Assembly (NCBI GenBank): GCA_016783675.1
Contig: JADHWE010000004.1
Span: forward strand, 4,072-68,071
Length of the DNA stretch: 64,000 nucleotides
Direction: 5' to 3'
Origin: Kiritimatiellia bacterium
GTDB taxonomy: Bacteria > Verrucomicrobiota > Kiritimatiellia > UBA8416 > JABMPJ01
In this document: one piece after another, positions 9,963 through 18,898 of the stretch
Position numbering within the stretch: the stretch's first letter is position 1
Layout of the letters: each line of letters opens with the position of its first letter
Translations under genes and position numbers: made by a program
Notes under the pieces: model-generated
What the model was told of the DNA's origin: nothing
Databases searched by the model: none
The model's input: the letters and a program-made list of their open reading frames with translations, nothing else

Positions 9963-11814
9963 GAGCCTGTCCCATTGCCGCCGGTTTTCGGGATCGCCGC
10001 CCGCTCGGGGCGCGCCGAGATCCCCGTTTCTCTGCCGCCAAGAGCCGACCGAGAGACAACGGGCGAAAACCCTAGTAAATCCAGCGATTTCGGGCAGACC
10101 TTTCCTTTGTTTTCCTGCGTCCAATAACGTCTGATCGGCGGCGGCCTTTTCAGGCCACCGCGTCAAGTTCCTCAGCTTGTTCCTCAGCCAACGGCAACCG
10201 GGCAATGACCCAGAGATTGTGCGTCAGCACCGCCCAAGCCACCCGGTTCTCACGATGCACGAACCCCTTGCTGCGCATCGGCCGCCCCAGGAACCCATTC
10301 TTAAAGATCGCGATGCGCGACTCGGTCTGTGCCCGGCGCGTTTGTAGCTGAGCGAAGTCTTCCTCTTTCATCCGCTCACGAAGATCACTCACGCTACGTG
10401 GACAGATGGCGTTGTACACCCCGTTCTTCTCCAACCGATTGCGATTGCGCTTGCTGTCAAAGCCGCGATCCCCAGCCATCGCACCGGGCAACGACCCGAA
10501 TACGTCTTCGAACCGATCCAGGCTGCCGGGCACCATCTTGCTGTCCGCCGGGGCCTGGTCTTTGATCAGTTCCCAGTCGACAATGACTCCCTGCCGCTGC
10601 TCGGCCAGCAGCAGCGTGTTGCCGAACTCCACCTCCGCGCCGGCCTTGCCGCGAACCAGTACATGAACATCCGGCTCATACAGACTGAGGATCTTGTCTG
10701 CATTGGCAACTTTCCGACCGCCGATGATCCGTTCATGCGCCTGCCTGATTGCCTGGGGGAGCAACTCACGCACCCCGTCAATGCGCTTGATGATCGCGGC
10801 GGCCTCTCCCTCCGTCAACTCGGTCTGTTCTCGCTCCTCTATCAGTAAATCACAGTGCTTTCTTGCATGCCCATCGATTCTTTTCATCAGCTTCTTCATG
10901 GACCGGAGTACGCGCTTGCGGGCTTTCTTGCTGTCGGGCCGACGCCGTGTGTGCGTCATCTCGATGCTTAAACGATTGATGTCTCGAATGAACTCTGCGG
11001 GCTCGTTCATTCGGTTCTTCAGCCCGTACTTGCGGATCAGCGCCACCGCCTTCATCAGCGTACGTGTCGCATCCCGAAGCAGAACCCAGTCCACCGGGAA
11101 ATGGATATTGGCTTTCACACAACTTGTGTCCAGGAAGAGTGCGTCGATATCCAAGGGCTTCCTCAGATCGAACATCGCTTGCCCGTCCGCGTTGGTCGAG
11201 GCCGCCACGCCGTTGAGGTGATCGACCAGCTTACGAACCACCGCCTCGGGTACCAGCTTCTCATAGCGATCCAGTGCACTCTTGCTCGGCACGCGTACCA
11301 CATCCATCCGGTCAATCCGGCAGAACCACTGCAGCAACTCGCTGTCGGCCAGACGAACACTCAACCTCCGTGCGCTTTCGTCGGTCAACTCGCGGACTAT
11401 GTTGCACCGCAGCGCTTTCACGGCGTGCTCCTGCACCTTGCCCCGTTCTTTCTCGCTGATCTGGCGGGGCGTCTTCCCCAGGCTCTCGGCATGCGCAACG
11501 AGGTCTTTCTCGTAGGCTTCCATATGTGAGCGAACGAACTCGGACTCGACCCCGCTATCAATCAGTAGCCGGGCGATCCGCTCCAGCGTTGCCCTGAAAT
11601 CAGTGTAATCAACGTTGCCGGTAACTTCGCGAAGTGCTGGACTCAGCTCGGGTTGGTAGGATACAATTCTCATTGATGTGCTCCTTGATTATGTGACGTT
11701 TTCAAAGATAACACATCGTTTTGGGACAAGGCAGTCATTTTAGGCTGTCTTGTTCCTTTCTCACCCATCAATTCGCCTTGATATTATTGACCCAGCCGCC
11801 AACGGGACAGGCTC
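9963..11814 (-). mobile_element. Complete insertion sequence (~1.85 kb, IS5/ISNCY-like DDE)
   Basis: Terminal IRs GAGCCTGTCCCATTG / CAACGGGACAGGCTC; flanking direct repeat TAAAATA at 9956-9962 and 11815-11821 (or AAAAT if each end extends by 1 bp). Confidence 0.9.
10150..11673 (-). CDS. DDE transposase
   Basis: LDTSCVKANIHFPVD, GKAGAEVEFG, AGDRGF, RAQTESRI..FK motifs; lies within the IRs. Confidence 0.9.
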   Translation of the reverse strand: MRIVSYQPELSPALREVTGNVDYTDFRATLERIARLLIDSGVESEFVRSHMEAYEKDLVAHAESLGKTPRQISEKERGKVQEHAVKALRCNIVRELTDESARRLSVRLADSELLQWFCRIDRMDVVRVPSKSALDRYEKLVPEAVVRKLVDHLNGVAASTNADGQAMFDLRKPLDIDALFLDTSCVKANIHFPVDWVLLRDATRTLMKAVALIRKYGLKNRMNEPAEFIRDINRLSIEMTHTRRRPDSKKARKRVLRSMKKLMKRIDGHARKHCDLLIEEREQTELTEGEAAAIIKRIDGVRELLPQAIRQAHERIIGGRKVANADKILSLYEPDVHVLVRGKAGAEVEFGNTLLLAEQRQGVIVDWELIKDQAPADSKMVPGSLDRFEDVFGSLPGAMAGDRGFDSKRNRNRLEKNGVYNAICPRSVSDLRERMKEEDFAQLQTRRAQTESRIAIFKNGFLGRPMRSKGFVHRENRVAWAVLTHNLWVIARLPLAEEQAEELDAVA

Positions 11815-11987
11815 TAAAATACAGATGGCCTTTTCGCGGCTCCGGATTGGATGAGTCGGGGCGGAATATCGTCGTGGCGATGCTGTCCACTTTCTGGGTG
11901 ACAGCCAGACTGTCAGGTACTAGGGTGAGCACTCAAGGCGGTTGCGAGCCGCTCACAGATATCAACCAACAGAGAGGAGGCTGGATA

Positions 11988-12488
11988 ATGGCCACAATGG
12001 ATAACCTACAGGATGCGTTCGCAGGCGAAAGCCAGGCGAATCGTAAGTATCTCGCTTTCGCAAAGAAGGCCGATGAGGATGGTCTGCCCCAGGTGGCGAA
12101 GCTGTTCCGCGCTGCGGCCGAGGCGGAAACCGTGCATGCCCATGCGCACTTCCGCGCGATGGGTGGGGTCAAGACGACCACGGAGAATCTCGAGGCGGCT
12201 GTCGCCGGTGAGGGATACGAGGTCGAAGAGATGTATCCGCCGATGCTGGCCACGGCAGTGGAAGACGGGGTGAAGCAGGCGGAGATCTCGTTCAAGAACG
12301 CGCTCGCGGTTGAGAAGGTCCACTTTGCGCTCTACACCAAGGCGCTGGAAGCGGTGAAAGCCGGCAGCGACATGGCGGCTACGAGCATCTACATCTGCCC
12401 GGTGTGCGGCAACACGGTCGAAGGCGGCGTTCCGGACGTATGCGACGTCTGCAACGTGCCCGGCAGCAAGTTCGTCGAAATCGCCTAG
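11988..12488 (+). CDS. rbr: Rubrerythrin
   Basis: AFAGESQANRKY, EAETVHA, EKVH diiron motifs; C-terminal CPVC/CDVC; AGGAGG RBS before ATG 11988. Confidence 0.93.
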   Translation: MATMDNLQDAFAGESQANRKYLAFAKKADEDGLPQVAKLFRAAAEAETVHAHAHFRAMGGVKTTTENLEAAVAGEGYEVEEMYPPMLATAVEDGVKQAEISFKNALAVEKVHFALYTKALEAVKAGSDMAATSIYICPVCGNTVEGGVPDVCDVCNVPGSKFVEIA

Positions 12489-12499
12489 AGTTGGCACTG

Positions 12500-12533
12500 G
12501 CGGGGTCGCGGTCCAGTCGGATCGCGACCCCGC
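12500..12533 (+). terminator. GC-rich stem-loop after rbr (weak terminator or mRNA stabiliser)
   Basis: GCGGGGTCGCGGTCC-agtc-GGATCGCGACCCCGC followed by TTCCTTC. Confidence 0.5.
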
Positions 12534-12554
12534 TTCCTTCGGCAGGAGACCACG

Positions 12555-14054
12555 ATGAGCGCACCTGAGAAGAGTTGGATCTGCACGGTTTGCGGGTACG
12601 TTCATCACGGACCGGTGGCCCCCGAAGTCTGCTGTATCTGCGGTGCAACGAGCGATCTCTTCGAGTTGCAGGAGGAAGCGCCTCCTGCTCCCGCAGCCGC
12701 AGCTCCCACGGCGTCGCGGTGGCGCTGCCTGAATTGCGAGTATATCCACGACGGCGACGCGCCGCCGGAATTCTGCCCGGTCTGCGGGGCGCCGCCGGAA
12801 CGGTTCGAGCCCGTGGCCGCTGCGGCTCCGGCCATCGGCACGGCTGAAGCCGGTCGTGTGGTGATCGTCGGCGCCGGAATCGCCGGCGTATCGGCCGCGG
12901 AGGCGGCGCGCAAGCATGCCCCCGATGCCGAGATACTCCTTCTCTCGAAAGAAGAACCGTTGCCCTATTACCGGTTGAACCTGACCCGCTACCTGGCCGG
13001 GGAAGTCGGGAAGGACGAACTGGTGCTGCAGTCGGATGCCTGGTTCAAGGAGCAGAATATCCAGGTGCAGATGGGATGTGAACTTTGTGCGATCGATCCG
13101 GCGAAGAAGACCCTCGCTCTGCGCGACGGGCAGTCGCTTTCGTACGACCGCCTTGTGCTGGCCATGGGCGCACACCCGTTCATTCCGCCGTTCCCGGGCG
13201 CGACGCGTGAGAACGTGACGGCCCTGCGGACCCTTGCGGATGCGGACCGGATTCTAAGCGCCGCCGGGGAGGGCACGCGCTGCGCGGTCATCGGCGGCGG
13301 CCTGCTCGGGCTCGAAACGGCCGGGGCGCTGGCACGGCGCGGGGCCGACGTGACGCTGCTGGAGGGACACGGCTGGCTGCTGCCGCGCCAGTTGAACCAG
13401 ACGGCCGCGCGCTACCTGGAAGCCAAAGTTGAAGAGACCGGTATCAAACTGCGGAGACAGGCCCGCACGCAAGAGCTTATCGGCGAAGAAGGTGTGCGCG
13501 GCGTACTGCTTGAAGACGGCGACACGATTGACGCCGAGCTGGTGGTGATTGCCACCGGCGTGCGCTCCAACACGTATATTGCGCGCATGGCCGGCCTGGA
13601 AGTCAATCGGGGGATTGTCGTGAACGACCACCTGCAGACATCGCAGCCCGATATATTTGCGGCCGGGGATGTGGCCGAACACCGTGGGGTTGCTTACGGT
13701 ACGTGGGGCCCGTCACAGTTCCAGGGCACCATGGCCGGCCTCAATGCCGTCGGCGGGGCCGCGGAGTTTGCCGGGATGCCGCGCTCGAACATGCTGAAGG
13801 TCCTCGGCTATGACCTCTTCAGTATCGGGCAGGTGAAGCCCGAAGACGCCAGCTACCGCGAGGTCGAAGGGCTGCACGAGGGACACTACTACTCATTCAT
13901 TTTCCGCGACTCCCACATGGTCAGCGCCATCCTGATGGGCGACACAGCGCTGAGCGCTGCCGTCAAACGTGTGGCGGAACAGAAGGAAGACTGCGCCGAT
14001 CTGCTGGCCGCGCGACCGTCTGTGGCGGAAGTCATGGCGTTCCTGGGGCGCTGA
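12555..14054 (+). CDS. FAD/NAD(P)H oxidoreductase with two N-terminal rubredoxin-like domains
   Basis: WICTVCGY...CCICGA and WRCLNCEY...CPVCGA; GAGIAG, GGGLLGLE, IFAAGDVAE. Confidence 0.88.
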   Translation: MSAPEKSWICTVCGYVHHGPVAPEVCCICGATSDLFELQEEAPPAPAAAAPTASRWRCLNCEYIHDGDAPPEFCPVCGAPPERFEPVAAAAPAIGTAEAGRVVIVGAGIAGVSAAEAARKHAPDAEILLLSKEEPLPYYRLNLTRYLAGEVGKDELVLQSDAWFKEQNIQVQMGCELCAIDPAKKTLALRDGQSLSYDRLVLAMGAHPFIPPFPGATRENVTALRTLADADRILSAAGEGTRCAVIGGGLLGLETAGALARRGADVTLLEGHGWLLPRQLNQTAARYLEAKVEETGIKLRRQARTQELIGEEGVRGVLLEDGDTIDAELVVIATGVRSNTYIARMAGLEVNRGIVVNDHLQTSQPDIFAAGDVAEHRGVAYGTWGPSQFQGTMAGLNAVGGAAEFAGMPRSNMLKVLGYDLFSIGQVKPEDASYREVEGLHEGHYYSFIFRDSHMVSAILMGDTALSAAVKRVAEQKEDCADLLAARPSVAEVMAFLGR

Positions 14055-14186
14055 GCGGCATCCATCAGGTTGCCGGAGATGGCGCGGTAGAGCGTGCTGA
14101 CCGCGAGAATGGCAGCGTGCTTCTTCATGGTTCTTAACATAGATACCTGCATGGAGCATGCCCGTGTGTGTGGCGTGGCTCAAGGT

Positions 14187-14852
14187 CTACCACGACTTAT
14201 TCTGCAATCTGCCTCCCGCCAGGCACAGGCAGCGATGGGTCACGGCGCGCAGGAAGTCGGCGTTGTGCGAGACGATGATCATGGCCTGGGGGAGTGAGAG
14301 CAGCAGGTTTTGGACACGTTCATAGGAGGGGGGGTCCAGCCCGTTCTCCGGTTCGTCCAGGAGCAGGACGTCGGGGTGCATGGCCAGTAGCGTGGCCAGC
14401 GAGACCAGGCGTTTCTCGCCGCCGGAGAGATGGTGCGTGATGCGATGCTCGAGGCCCGCCATGCCTACGAGCGCGAGTGCTTCGTGAACGGCATGGTGCG
14501 CCGCCTCGCGGCTCTTGCCCTGGTTGAGCGGACCGAAGGCCACGTCTTCCTCGACCGTCGGACAGAAGAGCTGGTCATCCGGGTCCTGGAACAGCAGGCC
14601 CACCCGTTCCCGCACCTCCCAGAAATCGTGCTCCTCGCGGCGGGGCTTGCCGAAGATCTCGATCCGGCCGCGGTCCGGCGCGAGCAGCCCGACGACCAGG
14701 TGCAACAGCGTGGTCTTGCCCGATCCGATCGCGCCCTGCAGCCCGATGCGCTCGCCCGCGCGCAGGGCTAGGTCGACCTCGGCCAGGACAGGTTCCGCAT
14801 CGGTATGGCTGAAGGATAGGCTGTGCAGGTTCAACAGGGGTTCGTCACTCAT
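14187..14852 (-). CDS. cbiO: ECF transporter ATPase (CbiO/NikO)
   Basis: GAIGSGKTT, FQDPDDQLF.PTV.EDVAFGP, LSGGE, LDEP; ATGA overlap with cbiQ. Confidence 0.9.
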   Translation of the reverse strand: MSDEPLLNLHSLSFSHTDAEPVLAEVDLALRAGERIGLQGAIGSGKTTLLHLVVGLLAPDRGRIEIFGKPRREEHDFWEVRERVGLLFQDPDDQLFCPTVEEDVAFGPLNQGKSREAAHHAVHEALALVGMAGLEHRITHHLSGGEKRLVSLATLLAMHPDVLLLDEPENGLDPPSYERVQNLLLSLPQAMIIVSHNADFLRAVTHRCLCLAGGRLQNKSW

Positions 14853-15616
14853 GGCAGGCCGCCTCCCGGTATCCATTCAATACAGACAAACAGGATCAAT
14901 ACCAGCGTCGATACCAGGCAGAACACGGCGTCGCGCCGGTGAAAGGCAAAGTGCCGATAGGTCAGGAAGCGGCCCTTGAAGCCGCGGCATTTCATGGCGT
15001 CCATGACGCGCTCCGCCCGTTCCAGGCTGCGCACCAGGAGCATGGCCATGAGGGACCCGTAGCTACGATAGGTGTGGAGGTTCATGCGCGGCCGGAAGGC
15101 GCGGGCCTTCATGGCGCGTAGCAGCCCCAGGTAGGCGTGGTGCAGAACATCTAGGTAGCGGAGCGTGAACAGGAAGAGATGAACCAGCTTGCCCGGCACG
15201 CGCAGATGGTGAAACGCATGCCCCAGCGCCGCGAGCTCGACCGTCCCGAGCAGGGCCGTGAAGGCCAGCACAATGGCATTGGCCTTGAGCGTGATGACCG
15301 TTGCCATGTGTACCCCTTCACGACTGAACGGGAGATGGAGGATGGTGAACATCGGGTCCCCCGGTGATGTGACCGGGAGCAGGAGCAAGAGGACCAGCAT
15401 GAATCCGTTAACGCGCAGAAGCCGTTTCGCCAGCGGCGGCGCCGGCAGGCGTGCCAGCAGGGCCAGCAGCGCGCCGACAGCCAGGCCGGCGCACAGGGCC
15501 GGGTAGTGGCGGCTCAGCGCGACGAGGATGGCAAAGACCAGGGTGGCGACAATTCGCGGGCGGGGATCGAGCCGGTGCACGATCGTGTGTCCTGCGAAAT
15601 GGGTCGAACAACTCAT
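14849..15616 (-). CDS. cbiQ: ECF transporter T component (CbiQ/NikQ)
   Basis: HRLDPR, AMKARAF and AMKCRGF motifs; ATG 15616 overlaps cbiM stop. Confidence 0.9.
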   Translation of the reverse strand: MSCSTHFAGHTIVHRLDPRPRIVATLVFAILVALSRHYPALCAGLAVGALLALLARLPAPPLAKRLLRVNGFMLVLLLLLPVTSPGDPMFTILHLPFSREGVHMATVITLKANAIVLAFTALLGTVELAALGHAFHHLRVPGKLVHLFLFTLRYLDVLHHAYLGLLRAMKARAFRPRMNLHTYRSYGSLMAMLLVRSLERAERVMDAMKCRGFKGRFLTYRHFAFHRRDAVFCLVSTLVLILFVCIEWIPGGGLP

Positions 15617-16248
15617 GACAGGGTCCCTGTTCCGAGCGTCCGCGGGATCTCGAAGGCCCGGGGATAGACCCTGAAGAGAAACGCGCTCACGAATCCGGTA
15701 AAAGCCCCTTCCACACCCAGGATGGCGAGGTGCGGGACCAGCGCGAGCTTTACGATGACGGCCAGCGATTTGCCGCTCAAGACCAGCGCCCCCGCCCAGA
15801 GAAGGAAAGAGAAGAGCAGCGCGGTCACTCCCGCCGCTGCCCCCAACCAGAACGCCGCCCGCGCGCTCCCGCACCGCCGGAGCGAACGATTGAAGCCATA
15901 GTAGCAGAGGACGGCCGGCGCTCCCATGACCACGGTATTCAGTCCCAACGTGGTAATGCCGCCGAACTGAAACAGCAACGCCTGCAGAAAGAGGGCGACG
16001 AGAAAGACCGGTACCGCCGCCCACCCGAGCAGCAGACCTGCGAGACCGTTGAGCACCGGGTGTACGCTGGAAGGGCCCAGCGGCAGACGGATGAGCAGCG
16101 AGGCCGCAAAGATGGCGGAGGCCATGATCGCCGCACGCGGGATCTGCTCGTCTTTCATGGCGCGCAGTCCCGCCACTACGCCTCCGGCGGCGAGGAGCGC
16201 GCCGGCTGCGGCGACCGATGCCGGGGCTACTCCTTCGGTGATGTGCAT
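15613..16248 (-). CDS. cbiM: ECF substrate-binding component CbiM/NikM
   Basis: MHITEG N-terminus, SSVH, LQALLFQFGG.TTLG.N. Confidence 0.9.
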   Translation of the reverse strand: MHITEGVAPASVAAAGALLAAGGVVAGLRAMKDEQIPRAAIMASAIFAASLLIRLPLGPSSVHPVLNGLAGLLLGWAAVPVFLVALFLQALLFQFGGITTLGLNTVVMGAPAVLCYYGFNRSLRRCGSARAAFWLGAAAGVTALLFSFLLWAGALVLSGKSLAVIVKLALVPHLAILGVEGAFTGFVSAFLFRVYPRAFEIPRTLGTGTLS

Positions 16249-16721
16249 GCGCACTCCTCTCCCCCGCAACCGGTCTTGGGCGGGGGCTGTTGCTTCCCGC
16301 ACCGGGCCAGGCTGTAGATGCCGAACAGACCGAAGATGATGCTCAGTCCCGTCACGAGCGCGATGGGGCGGGGGATGCGGGCGTCATGGCCGGGCTGATC
16401 GTGCCTGCCGTTGGCGTCCATGTGTCCAACGAGTACGTCGGCCGTCACGACATGCCCCATGCCGTCGTCGACGGTCAGTTTCCAGAGGCCATTGGTGTCG
16501 GGCACAAACGCAAAGCGTCCGTGCGGATCCGTCTCACCGTTCTGATAGCTGTCGGGCGAATTCGCCGGCGAGGTGACCGTCACATCGCAAAAGGCCATGG
16601 GCCTGCCGTCATCATACGCGGCCTCGATCGCCGTGCCTTCGCGACACGCGTGGTACGATACCCCGTGGGCCATGCTGAGCACAGGCAGGAACAGTGTGAA
16701 AATGAAGACCAGCCTGTTCAC
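16227..16721 (-). CDS. CbiL/NikL-like accessory membrane-anchored protein
   Basis: GTG overlapping upstream stop; signal peptide, AHGV, YDDG.PM, GETDPHGRFAF, DDGMGH, C-terminal TM. Confidence 0.7.
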   Translation of the reverse strand: MNRLVFIFTLFLPVLSMAHGVSYHACREGTAIEAAYDDGRPMAFCDVTVTSPANSPDSYQNGETDPHGRFAFVPDTNGLWKLTVDDGMGHVVTADVLVGHMDANGRHDQPGHDARIPRPIALVTGLSIIFGLFGIYSLARCGKQQPPPKTGCGGEECACTSPKE

Positions 16722-17398
16722 TTGCTGACCTCCGACTTCTGACTTCCGCCCTCGGATCCTTTGACCTCGAACACCAATGAAGCGCCTCGACCTTCGTGGG
16801 TGGACGTTACCAGGTAGCGGCCGGCTTTGCGGAGGGTGAGCGTGGCGGCTTGGTCGATGCCGGTCGTCAGCAGCGAGGTCTTGCCGCCCGCCGCCGACGC
16901 GGAGATGGACCCTTTGACACGCCGTCCGTCCATCCACAGGGCGATTCCCACCTTGTCGCCTTTTCGCAACGCGGAGACTGGCTGCTCCGGGACCAGCTCC
17001 AGCCCGACGCCCGATGTGTAACGGTTCGTGCTGTCCCCCGAATCCCCGACGATCAAGATCACCTTGCCCTCGTAGCTCGGCGCCTGGGCGCGCGGCCGCT
17101 TCAGCGTGAAGCTCAGGATGTGAACCCCCTCATCTGTCGCGCCGAAAGTGCCGGACCGTTGCGCGGCCCCTACCACGGTATGAAAGGGGACCGTCACGCC
17201 ATCGGAACGCTGCCAATCCACGCCCGCGAGAACCTTGTCCTGTAGGGCAAATGAACTTTTTGGAAAGTAGTGCCCGCTGCACAGATGCACCGTCACGGTT
17301 TGCCCCGCCTCCGGGTAGAAGCACTCCGCATTCAGCCAGTGCTCATGCGCCCCCGCCACGGCGCAGAGTAATGCCATAGCGCTTGCCAGCTTCACCAT
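16718..17398 (-). CDS. DUF4198-like periplasmic protein (NikK-type)
   Basis: Signal peptide AGA|HEHWL, SGHYFP, GLELVP; start may alternatively be 17425. Confidence 0.65.
   Translation of the reverse strand: MVKLASAMALLCAVAGAHEHWLNAECFYPEAGQTVTVHLCSGHYFPKSSFALQDKVLAGVDWQRSDGVTVPFHTVVGAAQRSGTFGATDEGVHILSFTLKRPRAQAPSYEGKVILIVGDSGDSTNRYTSGVGLELVPEQPVSALRKGDKVGIALWMDGRRVKGSISASAAGGKTSLLTTGIDQAATLTLRKAGRYLVTSTHEGRGASLVFEVKGSEGGSQKSEVSK
16725..16752. repeat. Heptamer tandem array (CYGACYT)x4
   Basis: ctgacct ccgactt ctgactt ccgccct. Confidence 0.7.
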
Positions 17399-17402
17399 GC
17401 CC

Positions 17403-17456
17403 CATTCGCGTCCATTCGTGTGCATCTTGTCCTCCGAAGCCTTTGGCGAAGGATGG
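17403..17456. repeat. Short interspersed repeat-like motifs (CATTCGCGTCCATTCGTG and CCTCCGAAGCCTTTGGCGAAGGA)
   Basis: 10-bp-period direct repeat followed by an imperfect hairpin in the intergenic space. Confidence 0.45.
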
Positions 17457-17476
17457 GTCCGTGGTTCTCTTCCTCT

Positions 17477-18250
17477 CTAGAACCGATACATCATCGTCAC
17501 ATTCGCCCGCAGGGCATCGGCACCATCGGCCTTGCCGAACTCCAGGCCGGTCTTGAGCGTGATGTTGGGGCTGCCGATGGGCATGTAGACGCCCGGCAGG
17601 ATCGACCAGTTGTCGCCGGCATTCTCGAAGTTGCCCATGATCTCCACGCCGGCCGCGATGCCGTGCGGGTCGGCCGAGATCGGGGCCTTCACGCCCAGCG
17701 CCCACGACGTCTCGTGTTCATCGCCTTCTTCCTCGTAGCCAAGGTTCAGGGTGATATTGCTGTGTTCGCCGAGGTCCTTGCCTATGATCAGCATGCCGGC
17801 AACCACGATGTCTTCGCTGCCCAGAAGCGTCTCGGCCCGGCTGAACGGCACTTCGAGTGTTGCGGCCACGGCAATGTCGACCAGCCAGTCTTCGACCAGG
17901 CGGTACTGGAGGCTCCCTGCCACGGCCTCCATGAACGGGGAGGGGCCGTTTGGTTCATAGGTTGCGCGTTGCTCCTCAACGACATGGTCGATCCCGAATC
18001 CTGCAAAATGGGTGTGAATATCCAGCATCAACCGGTCCGTCACTCCGTAAGAGACCCCTGGAGTGAATTCCCAGTGATCGAAGTCGGGGTTATCCGCGTC
18101 GTCGACCATGTAGTCGTAATGCAGATGCAACACCGACTCCCCCCGCCGTGCGGTGGAGTAGCTCTCCATCTCGATGTATTCCATGGCGTGATGCGCCACT
18201 GCGCTTCCTGTCAGCATCCCGACGCAGAGCGCCACAATAACTCGTCTCAT
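17477..18250 (-). CDS. Putative small outer-membrane beta-barrel protein (Ni/Co uptake)
   Basis: Signal peptide (MRRVIVAL...AVA|HH), alternating beta-strand patterns, C-terminal YRF; first gene after nikR. Confidence 0.65.
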   Translation of the reverse strand: MRRVIVALCVGMLTGSAVAHHAMEYIEMESYSTARRGESVLHLHYDYMVDDADNPDFDHWEFTPGVSYGVTDRLMLDIHTHFAGFGIDHVVEEQRATYEPNGPSPFMEAVAGSLQYRLVEDWLVDIAVAATLEVPFSRAETLLGSEDIVVAGMLIIGKDLGEHSNITLNLGYEEEGDEHETSWALGVKAPISADPHGIAAGVEIMGNFENAGDNWSILPGVYMPIGSPNITLKTGLEFGKADGADALRANVTMMYRF

Positions 18251-18275
18251 CCTGCCTCTCCCTTTGTTGTTGACT

Positions 18276-18302
18276 GGCACACGATTGTGAACTTCGTAAC
18301 AC
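18276..18302. promoter_or_regulatory. Putative NikR operator 2 (GGCACACGA-N9-TCGTAACAC)
   Basis: Same geometry and right half-site as the nikR-proximal palindrome; upstream of the barrel gene. Confidence 0.55.
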
Positions 18303-18335
18303 TGCATGGACAAAAAACCGTCTGCCGGCGCATGG

Positions 18336-18752
18336 CTATTCAAGGTCCTTCCCGGTTGAGCTCAACGAGAGACTGGCGTGTAGCACGCCTTTCTGTTGCC
18401 GCAGCATATCGGCCATCTCCTGGATCTCTCCAGCCGGCCCCTTCGTCAAGACCATCTCGGCACACATGTGCGCGTCCAGGTGCACATGGGTCGACGCCAG
18501 AACCAGGTCGTGATGGTGATGCTGCAGGCGCGTCAGCTTCTTGCTGAGTTCGCGCGTCTCATGATCGTAGACCAGCGTGATCGTGCCCACTACCTCGGCA
18601 TTGCCCTTCCACTCTTCCTCGACCAGACGCTCGCGCAACAGGTCCCGCACAAATTCCGAGCGGTTCGCATAGGCGTGCTTCCTGACCAGGCTTTCCAGCC
18701 GCTCAAGAAGCCCCTGCTCAATCGAAATGCTGAATCGGGATAGTTCAGTCAT
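18336..18752 (-). CDS. nikR: Nickel-responsive regulator NikR
   Basis: RFSISI RHH domain, NRSEFVRDL, YDH, QH, HVHLDAHMC.E. Confidence 0.95.
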   Translation of the reverse strand: MTELSRFSISIEQGLLERLESLVRKHAYANRSEFVRDLLRERLVEEEWKGNAEVVGTITLVYDHETRELSKKLTRLQHHHHDLVLASTHVHLDAHMCAEMVLTKGPAGEIQEMADMLRQQKGVLHASLSLSSTGKDLE

Positions 18753-18761
18753 GGGTCTCCG

Positions 18762-18790
18762 AGTGTTATGAACAAGAATACCGTAACACT
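18762..18790. promoter_or_regulatory. Putative NikR operator 1 (AGTGTTA-N15-TAACACT)
   Basis: Widely spaced inverted repeat about 10 bp upstream of the nikR start, typical NikR geometry. Confidence 0.75.
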
Positions 18791-18843
18791 TTGACCTTTT
18801 GGTGGTCAACGCGTTTCTCAGCCCGACTTCCCGGCCTCCTTGC

Positions 18844-18873
18844 TTGACATACATGCATGAATGTATGTATAGA
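18844..18873 (+). promoter_or_regulatory. Sigma70 promoter overlapped by AcrR-type operator (ACATACAT-N6-ATGTATGT)
   Basis: TTGACA at 18844; inverted repeat 18847-18868 closely resembles the E. coli AcrR site TACATACATT..AATGTATGTA. Confidence 0.78.
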
Positions 18874-18898
18874 TTTCTGCACAACCAGGGAGAAGGCC

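Noticed and set aside
11778-11820. Hybrid promoter from IS-internal TTGACC and target TAAAAT
   Set aside because: Spacing is 21 bp, too long for a sigma70 promoter
11721-11987. N-terminal extension of rubrerythrin in the ORF track
   Set aside because: Starts inside the IS end; the ATG at 11988 has an AGGAGG RBS and gives a canonical length
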